Shown here: positions 19,154-28,600 of the stretch, one piece after another
Layout: the number at the start of each line of letters is the position of its first letter
Numbering within the stretch: position 1 is the stretch's first letter
DNA from: Flexilinea sp.
GTDB lineage: Bacteria > Bacteroidota > Bacteroidia > Bacteroidales > Paludibacteraceae
DNA: 64,000 nucleotides
NCBI GenBank assembly: GCA_963638355.1
Contig: CAVHRT010000001.1
Location: forward strand, 4,495-68,494
Reading direction: 5' to 3'
Program-made: the position numbers and the translations under genes
The notes under the pieces: model-generated
What the model was told of the DNA's origin: nothing
The model's input: the letters and a program-made list of their open reading frames with translations, nothing else
Databases searched by the model: none

Positions 19154-19822
19154 ATGAAAAAACAGATCAAATTTTTATGCACTGTTGCGCTTGTGGGCGT
19201 GGTGCTGTTTGCTGCATCGTGCGGATCGAAACACGAAGAGCAAGTCGGAACCGTTGGTCAAATGGTCGACCTTGGACTTAGCGTGAAATGGGCCGACCAC
19301 AACGTTGGCGCCATCTTGCCCGAAGAATTTGGCAACCACTATGCTTGGGGCGAAATTCACAGCAAAGATTTCTATGGTTGGAACACGTATGCTCATGGCA
19401 GCGACTACAACCAAATCACCAAGTATTGCAACGATGAGCAAAATGGCGTGTGCGATGATAAACTCACGCTCGACCTCGAGGACGATGTGGCGCACGCAGC
19501 TTGGGGCGGCACTTGGCGCATGCCTACGCTCGACGAGGCGCGCGAACTCATCGACAGTTGCTCGTGGAATCTGGTCGAGAAAAATGGTGTGAAAGGCTAC
19601 CTTGTGGTTGGTCGCAATAGCAATTCCATCTTTTTGCCAGCCGCTGGCTATTGCAGCAACGATGGTCATGGTAGCGTTGGTGTTTATGGCTATTACTGGA
19701 CAAAATCGCTCTACGAAGGCATTCCAAGCGTGGCTTACGAACTCATTTTCAACACCTACAGCATCTACACCCAAGGCGATTATCGTTTCGATGGTCGTTC
19801 GGTGCGCCCGGTGTGCGAATAG
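19154..19822 (+). CDS. lipoprotein with FISUMP/DUF1566-like domain
   Basis: Lipobox MKKQIKFLCTVALVGVVLFAASC. Motifs DLGLSVKWADHNVGA, YAWGE, AWGGTWRMPTLDEARELI, FLPAAGY, YYWTKS and VRPV. A paralogue lies at 21940. Confidence 0.7.
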   Translation: MKKQIKFLCTVALVGVVLFAASCGSKHEEQVGTVGQMVDLGLSVKWADHNVGAILPEEFGNHYAWGEIHSKDFYGWNTYAHGSDYNQITKYCNDEQNGVCDDKLTLDLEDDVAHAAWGGTWRMPTLDEARELIDSCSWNLVEKNGVKGYLVVGRNSNSIFLPAAGYCSNDGHGSVGVYGYYWTKSLYEGIPSVAYELIFNTYSIYTQGDYRFDGRSVRPVCE

Positions 19823-19927
19823 AAAAATTTCAAATTTCAAATTTCAAATTTCAGATTGGGGGATCCACGATCAATTGCAGAATGTTGAGAAGCGCGAAAC
19901 TTTACGAACTTTATAACTTTACGAACT
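19820..19927 (+). repeat. ~108-nt direct repeat, copy B (starts at the TAG stop of the lipoprotein gene)
   Basis: It has the same architecture and order as copy A, with about 12 substitutions and 1 indel. Confidence 0.75.
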
Positions 19928-19939
19928 TTCAACTAAAAA

Positions 19940-20422
19940 ATGAATATATCCGATTCTGACATCGAACAGCGCGCGCAGCAGGCCGAGGATTTTTTCCGTT
20001 CGGGCTACAATTGTGCGCAATCGGTCTATATGGCATATTCCGATTTGTTTGGGCTCGACCGCCGCTTGGCTGCAAAAATCAGTGCGCCGTTTGGTGGCGG
20101 CATGGGTCGGCTGCGCGAGGTGTGCGGCACTTGCAGTGGCATGTTTTTGGTGGCGGGATTGGCTATTCCAGCCGACGATCCGCAAAATCGCGAAGCAAAA
20201 GCCGCCAATTACGCCTTAGTGCAACAGTTGGCTGCCGATTTCCGTGCCGAAAATGGTTCCATCATCTGCCGCGAACTGCTCGGACTCGATCACAAAAGCG
20301 ATGCTCCAATGCCCGAGGCTCGTACCGAAGGTTACTACAAAAAGCGTCCTTGTGCCGAATTGGTGCATCAAGCTGCGCAAATTGTGGGCCGTCGACTGCA
20401 AAATTTGCAGAAATCGGAATAA
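19940..20422 (+). CDS. C_GCAxxG_C_C family protein
   Basis: 160 aa. SGYNCAQSVYMAY..., GGGMGRLREVCGTCSG and a C-terminal Cys (RPCAELV). Confidence 0.72.
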   Translation: MNISDSDIEQRAQQAEDFFRSGYNCAQSVYMAYSDLFGLDRRLAAKISAPFGGGMGRLREVCGTCSGMFLVAGLAIPADDPQNREAKAANYALVQQLAADFRAENGSIICRELLGLDHKSDAPMPEARTEGYYKKRPCAELVHQAAQIVGRRLQNLQKSE

Positions 20423-20453
20423 ACTGCTACATTTGCAAAATGATTAGTTGAAA

Positions 20454-20903
20454 ATGCGAATCCTCATTCAGCGCGTGGCGAACGCATCGGTTACGATAGA
20501 TGGTCAGCTGAAATCGGCCATTGGGCGCGGATTGTTGGTGCTGCTTGGCATCGAAGAGAGCGATGGCGAAGCCGATATTGACTATCTGACCAACAAAATG
20601 GTGAATTTGCGCATCTTTCCCGACGAGGCTGGTGTGATGAACCGCTCGTTGATTGATGTTGGTGGCGAATTGTTGGTGGTGAGCCAATTTACGCTCTACG
20701 CACAGACTGCCAAAGGCAATCGCCCGTCGTACATTCGAGCAGCAAAAGGTGAAATCTCCGAGCCGCTCTATGAGCGATTTTGTGCAGTGGCGCAACAAAA
20801 GCTCGGTCGCGAGGTGAAGACTGGAACGTTTGGCGCTGATATGCAAGTCGCGCTTGTAAACGATGGACCAGTCACAATCTGGATCGACTCTAAGAATAAT
20901 TAA
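20454..20903 (+). CDS. dtd: D-aminoacyl-tRNA deacylase
   Basis: MRILIQRVANASVTIDG...GLLVLLGIE...SQFTLYA...GNRPS. The track start at 20448 is a TTG, and ATG 20454 fits the family N-terminus. Confidence 0.93.
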   Translation: MRILIQRVANASVTIDGQLKSAIGRGLLVLLGIEESDGEADIDYLTNKMVNLRIFPDEAGVMNRSLIDVGGELLVVSQFTLYAQTAKGNRPSYIRAAKGEISEPLYERFCAVAQQKLGREVKTGTFGADMQVALVNDGPVTIWIDSKNN

Positions 20904-21014
20904 GAATTTAGAATTAGTGGTGAGCGTAGTCAGCCTACACTTTATACACTTTTTACTTTATAGACTTTACACTGATTAAATCAACAAAATTGATAACCTA
21001 AAAACACTTTTATC

Positions 21015-21899
21015 ATGGAAAAAATGAAAGAACTGTATGCTCAGTACAACTGCAACCTGAACGATGCCGAAGTGAAGGCCGCTGTCGACAAAATTGTGGC
21101 TGAAAACTTTGAGCGCAACAACAATCGCGAGGTTTGGAAACAGTGCTTGCACTCTATCGACTTGACTTCGCTGAATGGCACCGATACCGAGCAGAAAATC
21201 GGCACAATGATGCAAAAAGTGAACGATTTCAACCAGAATTTCCCCGATCTGCCAAATGTGGCTGCCGTGTGCGTCTATCCCGCTTTGGTTCCCGTGTCGC
21301 GCGCCGTGCTCGATCGCGAAAATGGCGTTCACATTGCCGCTGTGTCGGCTTGTTTCCCAGCTTCGCAATCGTTTATCGAGGTGAAAGTGGCCGAAACTGC
21401 CATGACCGTGAAGGCTGGTGCCGACGAGATTGACGTGGTCATCTCCATTGGCAAATTTTTCAGCGGATTGCATAGCGAGGTCTACGACGAATTGCGCGAA
21501 CTGAAAGCCGCTTGTGGCAAGGCACATCTGAAAGTGATTCTCGAAAGCGGTGCCATGCACAACGCCGTCGAGGTGAAACAGGCCTCGCTGCTTGCCATTG
21601 CCGCTGGCGCCGATTTCATCAAGACATCGACTGGCAAAACCGAACCCGCAGCCACGCTCGAGGCAGCCTATGTAATGTGCGGTGCCATAAAAGAGTACTA
21701 CGAAAAAACTGGTATCAAAATCGGTTTCAAACCCGCTGGTGGCGTATCGACAACCGATGAGGCCGTGAAATTCTATTGCATTGTCGAGGCTGTTTTGGGC
21801 AAAGAGTGGCTCAACAACACGCTCTTCCGCTTTGGTGCAAGCCGCTTGGCCAACAACCTGCTCAGCAGCATCGAAGGCAAAGAGGTGAAATATTTTTAG
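21015..21899 (+). CDS. deoC: deoxyribose-phosphate aldolase (long form)
   Basis: IDLTSLNGTDT..., VCVYP, VISIG and ADFIKTSTGK (Schiff-base Lys). Confidence 0.9.
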   Translation: MEKMKELYAQYNCNLNDAEVKAAVDKIVAENFERNNNREVWKQCLHSIDLTSLNGTDTEQKIGTMMQKVNDFNQNFPDLPNVAAVCVYPALVPVSRAVLDRENGVHIAAVSACFPASQSFIEVKVAETAMTVKAGADEIDVVISIGKFFSGLHSEVYDELRELKAACGKAHLKVILESGAMHNAVEVKQASLLAIAAGADFIKTSTGKTEPAATLEAAYVMCGAIKEYYEKTGIKIGFKPAGGVSTTDEAVKFYCIVEAVLGKEWLNNTLFRFGASRLANNLLSSIEGKEVKYF

Positions 21900-21939
21900 A
21901 ACGTAACTTTCGATAGTTAATAAAGTTACCATAGATGGC

Positions 21940-22536
21940 GTGACTGTGTCAGGTTCTATTGCTAGTCACGACTATGTCGATCTTGGCTTGAGCGTGAAAT
22001 GGGCAACCTGCAATTTGGATGCAACCAAACCTGAAGAATTTGGTAACTATTATGCTTGGGGCGAAACCGCTTCGAAAAGTGATTATTCGTGGAGTACCTA
22101 CAAGCATGGCTCTGACTTCGATGCATTGACTAAATACTGCAACAATAGCAGCTACGGCACGGAGGATAACTTGACCACTCTCGAGGCAGCCGACGATGCC
22201 GCAACCGCCAACTGGGGCAGTGAATGGCGCATGCCAACAATTGATGAATGGCAGGAGTTGATAAGCGATTGCTCTTGGAAATGGGTAAGCCTAAACGAGA
22301 TAGATGGATACGAGGTGAAAAGTAGCAAAAACGGAAACACACTGTTTCTCCCCGCGGCTAGCTGTTTCCGCGCCGAGGAATTGGGCTATCCAAGCGCACA
22401 TGGATGCTATTGGTCGAGTTCGCTTGGCACAGACAACCCAAGCGGTGCACAGAGCGTGTTCTTCTACTCTGGCAAGCACTATACGGGCAACAGCAGTCGC
22501 TGCTATCTTCAGACCATTCGCCCTGTGAGCAAGTAA
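21940..22536 (+). CDS. FISUMP/DUF1566-like protein, paralogue of 19154..19822 lacking the signal/lipobox (possibly a 5'-truncated remnant)
   Basis: The same motif order is present (DLGLSVKWATCNL, YAWGE, NWGSEWRMPTIDEWQELI, FLPAAS, YWSSS, IRPV). The frame opens only at 21907, the first possible start is GTG 21940, and there is no in-frame ATG and no signal peptide. Confidence 0.5.
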   Translation: MTVSGSIASHDYVDLGLSVKWATCNLDATKPEEFGNYYAWGETASKSDYSWSTYKHGSDFDALTKYCNNSSYGTEDNLTTLEAADDAATANWGSEWRMPTIDEWQELISDCSWKWVSLNEIDGYEVKSSKNGNTLFLPAASCFRAEELGYPSAHGCYWSSSLGTDNPSGAQSVFFYSGKHYTGNSSRCYLQTIRPVSK

Positions 22537-22552
22537 ATTTGCATTCGCATAA

Positions 22553-22597
22553 AAAAGATTTGTAGGGACGCGCCTCGGCACGCCCCTACAATCTTTT
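22553..22597. terminator. bidirectional terminator between the convergent 21940 gene and polA
   Basis: aaaagatttgtagggacg-(10 nt)-cgcccctacaatctttt forms a stem of about 16 bp with one bulge, flanked by A4/T4. Confidence 0.6.
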
Positions 22598-22645
22598 ATT
22601 GACTCACATTCAATGATTCAATGATTCAATAATTCGATGATTGAT

Positions 22646-25447
22646 CTATCCGTGTGCTTCGAGCCAATTTTGACCGATGCCGATGTCTACTTTCAGCGGA
22701 ATTTGCAGCGGATAGGCGCCTTCCATCTCTTCGCGGACAAGGTTTTTCACGCGTTCAATCTCATCGTTTGGCACATTGAAATTCAACTCGTCGTGCACCT
22801 GTAGAATCATTTGCGTCTTCAGCCCTTCGCGCTCTAGGCGGTCGGCTATGCGCACCATGGCAATTTTTATGATGTCGGCTGCTGAGCCTTGAATCGGTGC
22901 ATTTATGGCATTGCGTTCGGCAAAACCGCGCACTGTGGCGTTGTGCGAATTGATATCTGGCAGAAAGCGTTTGCGGTGAAAAATGGTCTCGACAAAACCC
23001 TGCTTGTGCGCTTGTGCAATGGCACGATCCATGTAGGCTTTCACCTGCGGAAATGTGGCGAAATAGCCATCGATCAACTCTTTGGCTTCAGCACGCGGAA
23101 TGCCCAATCGCTCCGAAAGTCCGAAGGTGGAAATGCCGTAGATGATGCCGAAATTGGCAGTTTTGGCCTTGCGACGCATGTCGGAGGTTACCTCTTCAAT
23201 TGGCACATGGTAGATGTTGGCAGCCGTGGCGGCATGAATGTCGTGGTCGGCACGGAAGGCGGCAAGCATGTTTTCGTCGCCGCTCAAGTGCGCCATTATG
23301 CGCAGTTCTACCTGCGAATAGTCGGCACTCAGGAACACGCAACCTTGCTCGGCGATGAACGCTCGACGAATCTCTTTGCCCTGCTCGTCGCGAACGGGAA
23401 TGTTCTGCAGATTTGGGTTGCTCGAACTCAATCGGCCCGTGGCGGTAACCGTTTGGTTGAACGAGGTGTGTACTTTTCCCGTCTCGGGATTGATGAGTGC
23501 TGGCAGCGCATCAATGTAGGTCGAGAGCAGTTTTTTCAGGCCGCGATAATCGAGAATTTTTCCAACAATCGGGTGTTTGCCGCGCAGTGCCTCGAGCGTC
23601 TCCTCATCGGTAACATATTGTCCTGTCTTGGTTTTCTTGGCTTTCTCTACTATTTTCAGGCGGTCGAAAAGTAACTCGCCAATCTGTTTTGGCGAACTTA
23701 CATTGATGGGACAATCGGCCATTTGCTTTATTTCGCGTTCGATGTTTTGCAGCGTGGCGGTCATGGTTTCCGACGATTGCGCTAGTGCAAAATCGTCGAT
23801 TAAAACGCCATTTTTCTCCATTTTTGCCAACACGCGAACTAGCGGCATTTCGATGTCGTAGAAGAGGTGCTCGAGTTGATTTTCAGCGATTTTATCGACT
23901 AAAATCTGTTTCAATTGCAGTGTGATGTCGGCATCTTCGGCGGCGTATTCGGCAATTTTTGGCACAGGCACGCAGTCCATGGTCAGCTGATTTTTGCCTT
24001 TTGCGCCAATCAGTTCTTCGATGTGAATGGTGCGGTAGTGCAGCATTATTTCGGCCATGTAGTCCATGCCGTGGCGCAGTTCGGGATTTAGCAGATAGTG
24101 CGCCACCATGGTGTCGAACAGTCGTCCCTGAACGGTGATGCCGTAGCGGTCGAGTATCAGCAGGTCGAATTTGACGTTTTGCCCGATTTTATCGATGTTT
24201 TTTGCCTCATAAATGGGACGGAAACGCTCTAAGATTTTCTGCGCTTCGGTGCGATTTTGCGGCAGCGGCACATAGAATGCTTTGTGCGCCTTCACGGCAA
24301 ACGATAAGCCCACCAAATTAGCGCGGAAAATATCGATCGAAGTAGTTTCGGTGTCGAAACAGATTTCGCTCGATGCCGATAAAATGCCGATTAAATCGTC
24401 GATTTCGGCATCGGTTTGAATGGTTTTGTAGTCGTGAGCAATGGTCGCCACGCTGTCGAATGTCTGCACTTCGGTTTGTTGTGCTTCAGAAACTGAATTT
24501 TCGCCCATTTCATCGGCAAAAAGTGAGCCTTGAGCAGTGTCTTTTGTCTTCGATTTTATCGGCGAAATTGGCGCACTCTCGTTGCCGAGTAGTTTGTTCA
24601 GTTGACCACGAAATTCCAATTCGGTGAAAAGTGCGATGAGTGCCTCGCGATCGGGTTCTTTGCGGCGCAATTCTTCTTCGTTGAACTCAATTGGCACATC
24701 GGTTTTGATGGTCGCAAGGAAGCGCGAAAACTCGATTTTATCGCGATTTTCTTCTATTTTTGTCTTCAATGCGCCCTTCAGTTGGTCTGTGTGCTGCAGT
24801 AGATTTTCGATGCTACCGAAGTCGTTGAGCAGTTTCACCGCAGTTTTTTCGCCCACGCCGGGACAGCCCGGAATGTTGTCGGCCGTGTCGCCCATCAGTC
24901 CCAGCAGATCGATGACCTGCTCCACGCGCTGAAGTCCCCATTTTTCAAGTACTTCAGGCATGCCGAGCGTGTCGAAACCATTGCCGCCAAATTTCGGTTT
25001 GTAGATGAACGAATGCTCCGAAACTAACTGCCCGTAATCCTTATCGGAAGTCATCATGTAGGTGTCAAAACCTTGATTTTCGGCCATTTTTGCGAGCGTT
25101 CCAACCACATCATCGGCCTCGAAACCAGCCACTTGCACCACTGGAATGCGATATGCCTCGACCATCTGTTTGATGATTGGCACCGATTGGCGAATGACTT
25201 CAGGCGTCTCTTCGCGCTGCGCCTTGTATTGCGCGTAGGCCTCGTGGCGGAAAGTCGGTCCCGAAGGGTCGAAACAGACCGCAATGTGCGTTGGATTTTC
25301 GCGATTAAGCACATCTTGAAGCGTGTTCAAAAAACCGTAAATAGCCGATGTGTTCAGCCCTTTCGAGTTGGTGCGCGGATTTTTGATGAACGCATAGTAG
25401 GCGCGATAAATCATCGCATAAGCATCGATAAGAAAAAGACGATTCAT
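22646..25447 (-). CDS. polA: DNA polymerase I
   Basis: 933 aa. A 5'-nuclease N-terminus (MNRLFLIDAYAMIYRAYYAF) is followed by 3'-5' exonuclease and polymerase motifs (SADYSQVELRIMAH, RRKAKTANFGIIYG, QVHDEL). Confidence 0.97.
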   Translation of the reverse strand: MNRLFLIDAYAMIYRAYYAFIKNPRTNSKGLNTSAIYGFLNTLQDVLNRENPTHIAVCFDPSGPTFRHEAYAQYKAQREETPEVIRQSVPIIKQMVEAYRIPVVQVAGFEADDVVGTLAKMAENQGFDTYMMTSDKDYGQLVSEHSFIYKPKFGGNGFDTLGMPEVLEKWGLQRVEQVIDLLGLMGDTADNIPGCPGVGEKTAVKLLNDFGSIENLLQHTDQLKGALKTKIEENRDKIEFSRFLATIKTDVPIEFNEEELRRKEPDREALIALFTELEFRGQLNKLLGNESAPISPIKSKTKDTAQGSLFADEMGENSVSEAQQTEVQTFDSVATIAHDYKTIQTDAEIDDLIGILSASSEICFDTETTSIDIFRANLVGLSFAVKAHKAFYVPLPQNRTEAQKILERFRPIYEAKNIDKIGQNVKFDLLILDRYGITVQGRLFDTMVAHYLLNPELRHGMDYMAEIMLHYRTIHIEELIGAKGKNQLTMDCVPVPKIAEYAAEDADITLQLKQILVDKIAENQLEHLFYDIEMPLVRVLAKMEKNGVLIDDFALAQSSETMTATLQNIEREIKQMADCPINVSSPKQIGELLFDRLKIVEKAKKTKTGQYVTDEETLEALRGKHPIVGKILDYRGLKKLLSTYIDALPALINPETGKVHTSFNQTVTATGRLSSSNPNLQNIPVRDEQGKEIRRAFIAEQGCVFLSADYSQVELRIMAHLSGDENMLAAFRADHDIHAATAANIYHVPIEEVTSDMRRKAKTANFGIIYGISTFGLSERLGIPRAEAKELIDGYFATFPQVKAYMDRAIAQAHKQGFVETIFHRKRFLPDINSHNATVRGFAERNAINAPIQGSAADIIKIAMVRIADRLEREGLKTQMILQVHDELNFNVPNDEIERVKNLVREEMEGAYPLQIPLKVDIGIGQNWLEAHG

Positions 25448-25581
25448 GGTTTGGAATAAGGAGCAAAGAATAAAGACAATTTAATTGATAATTGATAATT
25501 GAAAATTGATAATGCGCAGTTCTGACGGGTTCACCGCACTAATCTTCAAATTTTCAAATCTTCAAATGAACAATCAATTAA

Positions 25582-26367
25582 TTAATCTATTTCCGCGATT
25601 TTATCGGTAGAATTTGCAACTTCTGGTCCTTCTTCTTCGGTGGTAAGTTCGCGGTAGATTACGGCGTCGCAACCCAGTGCCCAAACGGCGATGATGATAT
25701 TTACAACCAACATCAGCAAAATGTACCACCAAGCCGTTGTCACTGCTTCCTCGGTTGCAGTTTCGTACTCGTTCATTGCTGTTTCATAAACATCTAACAC
25801 GGCAAGAGGATCGTTTGGATCGGCGATTGGATCGTTGAACGTGGCTTCGAAGATCTCTTCGTAATTTGGCTTGTTTTGTTCTTCGTAGATGACTTGCGAA
25901 ATGCTCAGAATTATCGGTATGATTCCGAGAATGAGCGAGATGGCGAAAATTCTCCATTTGTTGCCGTAGGTTAGTGTGTTGCTTCGTGTGAGCGCTTCGG
26001 TGGGCGACAGACCTTTGTCAATCACCAAATAAATGCCCAATCCCCAAGCAATGCTCACTACAAAGGCTGGAATGATGCCGCAGAAAATGAGCAGCACAAT
26101 CGCCAACAGTTCGAGCGCAAAAAGCAGAATAACCTCGCCCATCATTTTGCGGTATTTCGACTCGAAAATGAACAGCGGCGAAATGGTTTTGCCCTGCGAT
26201 AGCGCCACTGGAATGCTGTAGATGGCAATGGTGGTGCCGACATTGATGTATGGAACCCAGATGGTGAGTATCCACAGAACGATGGCGCCAAGAACCGACA
26301 GACAATTTTTCAAACCAAGCGAAAAACCTTCGCTCAGCACAGGCAGAATTTGAAGTTTCTTTTTCAT
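25582..26367 (-). CDS. multi-pass membrane protein, unknown function
   Basis: 261 aa with about 5 hydrophobic helices and an acidic C-terminal tail. No family was recognised. Confidence 0.55.
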   Translation of the reverse strand: MKKKLQILPVLSEGFSLGLKNCLSVLGAIVLWILTIWVPYINVGTTIAIYSIPVALSQGKTISPLFIFESKYRKMMGEVILLFALELLAIVLLIFCGIIPAFVVSIAWGLGIYLVIDKGLSPTEALTRSNTLTYGNKWRIFAISLILGIIPIILSISQVIYEEQNKPNYEEIFEATFNDPIADPNDPLAVLDVYETAMNEYETATEEAVTTAWWYILLMLVVNIIIAVWALGCDAVIYRELTTEEEGPEVANSTDKIAEID

Positions 26368-26398
26368 AATTTTTGAAATTTAAAGGGTGAATAATTTT

Positions 26399-27670
26399 TT
26401 AGTCAGCGATTTTTTTGAAGACAAAATTTGCAAAGCGGCAACGCAGGCAGTTGTGTGTGTCGCAGTAGGCGCGTTTCAGCTGAATGAGTGCTTGCGTGTC
26501 GGCGGCCGACTGCGGCATAATGCCTTCGGCTGCAAAACCATCGACAATGTGATTTTTCTCGGCAGGTAGATTGCTCAGCAGATCGATGGCGCGCTGCGTG
26601 GTGCGCTCGTCGTTGTGCGTGCGACCATAGCAAAACAGAAATGGCGCAACCGTATTTATCAGCAAAAGATTGATGCTATGTTCCGCTAAACGCTTCGGTT
26701 TTGATTTCGATTCTTCGCCAAAACGGTAGTGTGTGAGCCAATAGTCCGATGTTTCGCACTCGAATAGTTGGCGCAGCGAGTTTTCATCGTCAGTGGCGAT
26801 AATTTGTGAGAAAAGTCGGTGCGAACGATATGCTAAATTGCCCAATTGCGACAGCCGAATGGTCGGGAAATTGGCGGGACGCAATCGCAAAAATTTCCAC
26901 AGCGATGCGTCGATTGGCGTAAGGTTGAATTTGGCTTTCAGAAAATTGTATTCGTGCAGCAGTTGCGCCTGATAATCGTCTTTGGGAGTGCCGCCAAGCA
27001 TTCCAGCCTGACCGAAAAGCAGTGCTTCAATCTGCATCGGATTGTTGCGGTGCTTGCCGATGATGGCCAGCGGCAGCGATTTTGCCAATCGTTCGAAGGC
27101 AAAGGCATTGGTCGAGAAGCCAAAATTTCGTGCCAAAACCGTGTAGAATGCCTCGTCCCAATCGTTGGTGGTTTGCTGCAAAAGCGCCTCGATGGCGTGC
27201 GTTTTTTGTTCCAATCGTTCTATCAGCAGGCGATCGAGCCACGCCATTTTTTCGGCTTCGGGAACGCTTTTCAGACTATCGGCGCAGCGCACAAAACGCG
27301 TTTCGCTCATCAGTTGTTCGTAGGTGGCGGCGAGTTCGGGCGCAAAACGCAGTTGCATCTGCGGAATGGTCTGTCCATCGGCGCGGGCAATGGTGCAATC
27401 GGACTCCAAAACCACATGCAGCACCACCGAATTGTAGGCGCGGTCGGTGGAGTGACCATGTCGTAGCCAATCGCTGGCGCGGTGGTGAAACTCCACATTG
27501 CCAGCCCACAATGTGCCATCGATTTTCACCTTGGCGTTGAACACGTCGGGTCCAGCGTCGGTGTTGCGTTGCCCCGTGTCGATTATCTCCACTGGCCGCC
27601 CATCGATGGTAGTTTGCTGCGGTGCGAAACGCTTGCTAAACCACACATATTGCAGAAATTGCTCGTTCAT
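26399..27670 (-). CDS. DUF2851 family protein
   Basis: MNEQFLQYVWFSKRF... and GNVEFHHRASDWLRHGH. The track ORF (to 27961) carries a 97-aa Arg/Trp-rich extension that overlaps the next gene, so the start is set at ATG 27670. Confidence 0.78.
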   Translation of the reverse strand: MNEQFLQYVWFSKRFAPQQTTIDGRPVEIIDTGQRNTDAGPDVFNAKVKIDGTLWAGNVEFHHRASDWLRHGHSTDRAYNSVVLHVVLESDCTIARADGQTIPQMQLRFAPELAATYEQLMSETRFVRCADSLKSVPEAEKMAWLDRLLIERLEQKTHAIEALLQQTTNDWDEAFYTVLARNFGFSTNAFAFERLAKSLPLAIIGKHRNNPMQIEALLFGQAGMLGGTPKDDYQAQLLHEYNFLKAKFNLTPIDASLWKFLRLRPANFPTIRLSQLGNLAYRSHRLFSQIIATDDENSLRQLFECETSDYWLTHYRFGEESKSKPKRLAEHSINLLLINTVAPFLFCYGRTHNDERTTQRAIDLLSNLPAEKNHIVDGFAAEGIMPQSAADTQALIQLKRAYCDTHNCLRCRFANFVFKKIAD

Positions 27671-27777
27671 TTTGCAAAGATAGTGTTTTTTTGCAAAAGT
27701 GGCAAGGTGGGGTGGATAGGATTGCGTAGCGCAGGAAATTTTTCTCCTGCGCTCGTTGTTTTTTAGGTTTTGCGATC

Positions 27778-28335
27778 TTACAAATTCAGTGTCTTCACTA
27801 CGCGGCATGGATTGCCAACGGCTATCGAGTTGTCGGGAATGTCGCGAACCACTACCGAGCCAGCGCCAATGGTGCAATTGTTGCCAATGGTTACGCCGGG
27901 CAAAATGGTTACCGAGCCGCCAATCCAGCAGTTGCGACCAATGGTTACGGGTTTTGCCCACTCTTGGCGCGTGTTGCGTTCGATGGGAATTGTGCTATGG
28001 CAAGCAGTGTAGATGCTCACATTTGGCCCGATGAAAGCGTCGTCGCCAATGCGCACTTCGGCCTCGTCGAGCACTGTGAAACGGAAGTTGATGAACACGC
28101 GATGCCCCAAATGTATGTGGCTGCCGTAGTCGCATAGGAATGGTTGCAGAATGGTGCAATCGTCGTGAAAAGTGCCCAACAATTGCTGTAGAATCTGGTG
28201 CAGTTCGGCGGTTTGGTTGGGCTGCGTGTTGTTGTAACGCCACAGCGCATCTTTGCACGCTCTGATTTCGCAGAGCAACTCTTCGTCGCAGGCATCGTAG
28301 ATTTGCCCAGCGAGCATTTTCTCTTTTTCAGTCAT
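27778..28335 (-). CDS. sugar (maltose/galactoside-type) O-acetyltransferase
   Basis: 185 aa. The Mac N-terminal motif (MLAGQIYDACDEEL...) is followed by hexapeptide repeats (IGDDAFIGPNVSI..., IGRNCWIGGSVTILPGVTIGNNCTIGAGSVV). Confidence 0.85.
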   Translation of the reverse strand: MTEKEKMLAGQIYDACDEELLCEIRACKDALWRYNNTQPNQTAELHQILQQLLGTFHDDCTILQPFLCDYGSHIHLGHRVFINFRFTVLDEAEVRIGDDAFIGPNVSIYTACHSTIPIERNTRQEWAKPVTIGRNCWIGGSVTILPGVTIGNNCTIGAGSVVVRDIPDNSIAVGNPCRVVKTLNL

Positions 28336-28418
28336 TTTGGGTAGATTTTTTAGATGATAGAATAAAGATGGCAGACTTTTTGCTTCCCATTTTTTTGATT
28401 GGGTTGCGAAAAGGGCGG

Positions 28419-28426
28419 CAAAGGTA
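28419..28426 (-). promoter_or_regulatory. candidate -7 promoter box (TACCTTTG on minus strand) for the acetyltransferase gene
   Basis: caaaggta on the + strand, 84 nt upstream of ATG 28335. An identical octamer lies at 47001 upstream of uvrB at similar spacing. Confidence 0.3.
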
Positions 28427-28600
28427 CTGTTTTTTTCTGAAAAAGGAGTGTAACCGAATTCGTTTTCAATAAAAAATCATCGAAAAACGATAAAAATTTT
28501 GGTGGTTTCAAAAAAAATTTTTTACTTTGCAGCCCGAAAATCAAACAAAAAATTGCGATTGAGCAATTTTCAAACCCAAAAACTTAGAAACTACTTCGTG

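Noticed and set aside
27671-27961. N-terminal 97-aa extension of the DUF2851 ORF in the track (26399..27961).
   Set aside because: The extension is Arg/Trp/Ser-rich and overlaps the 3' end of the acetyltransferase gene. It also precedes the family-typical N-terminus MNEQFLQYVWF at ATG 27670.
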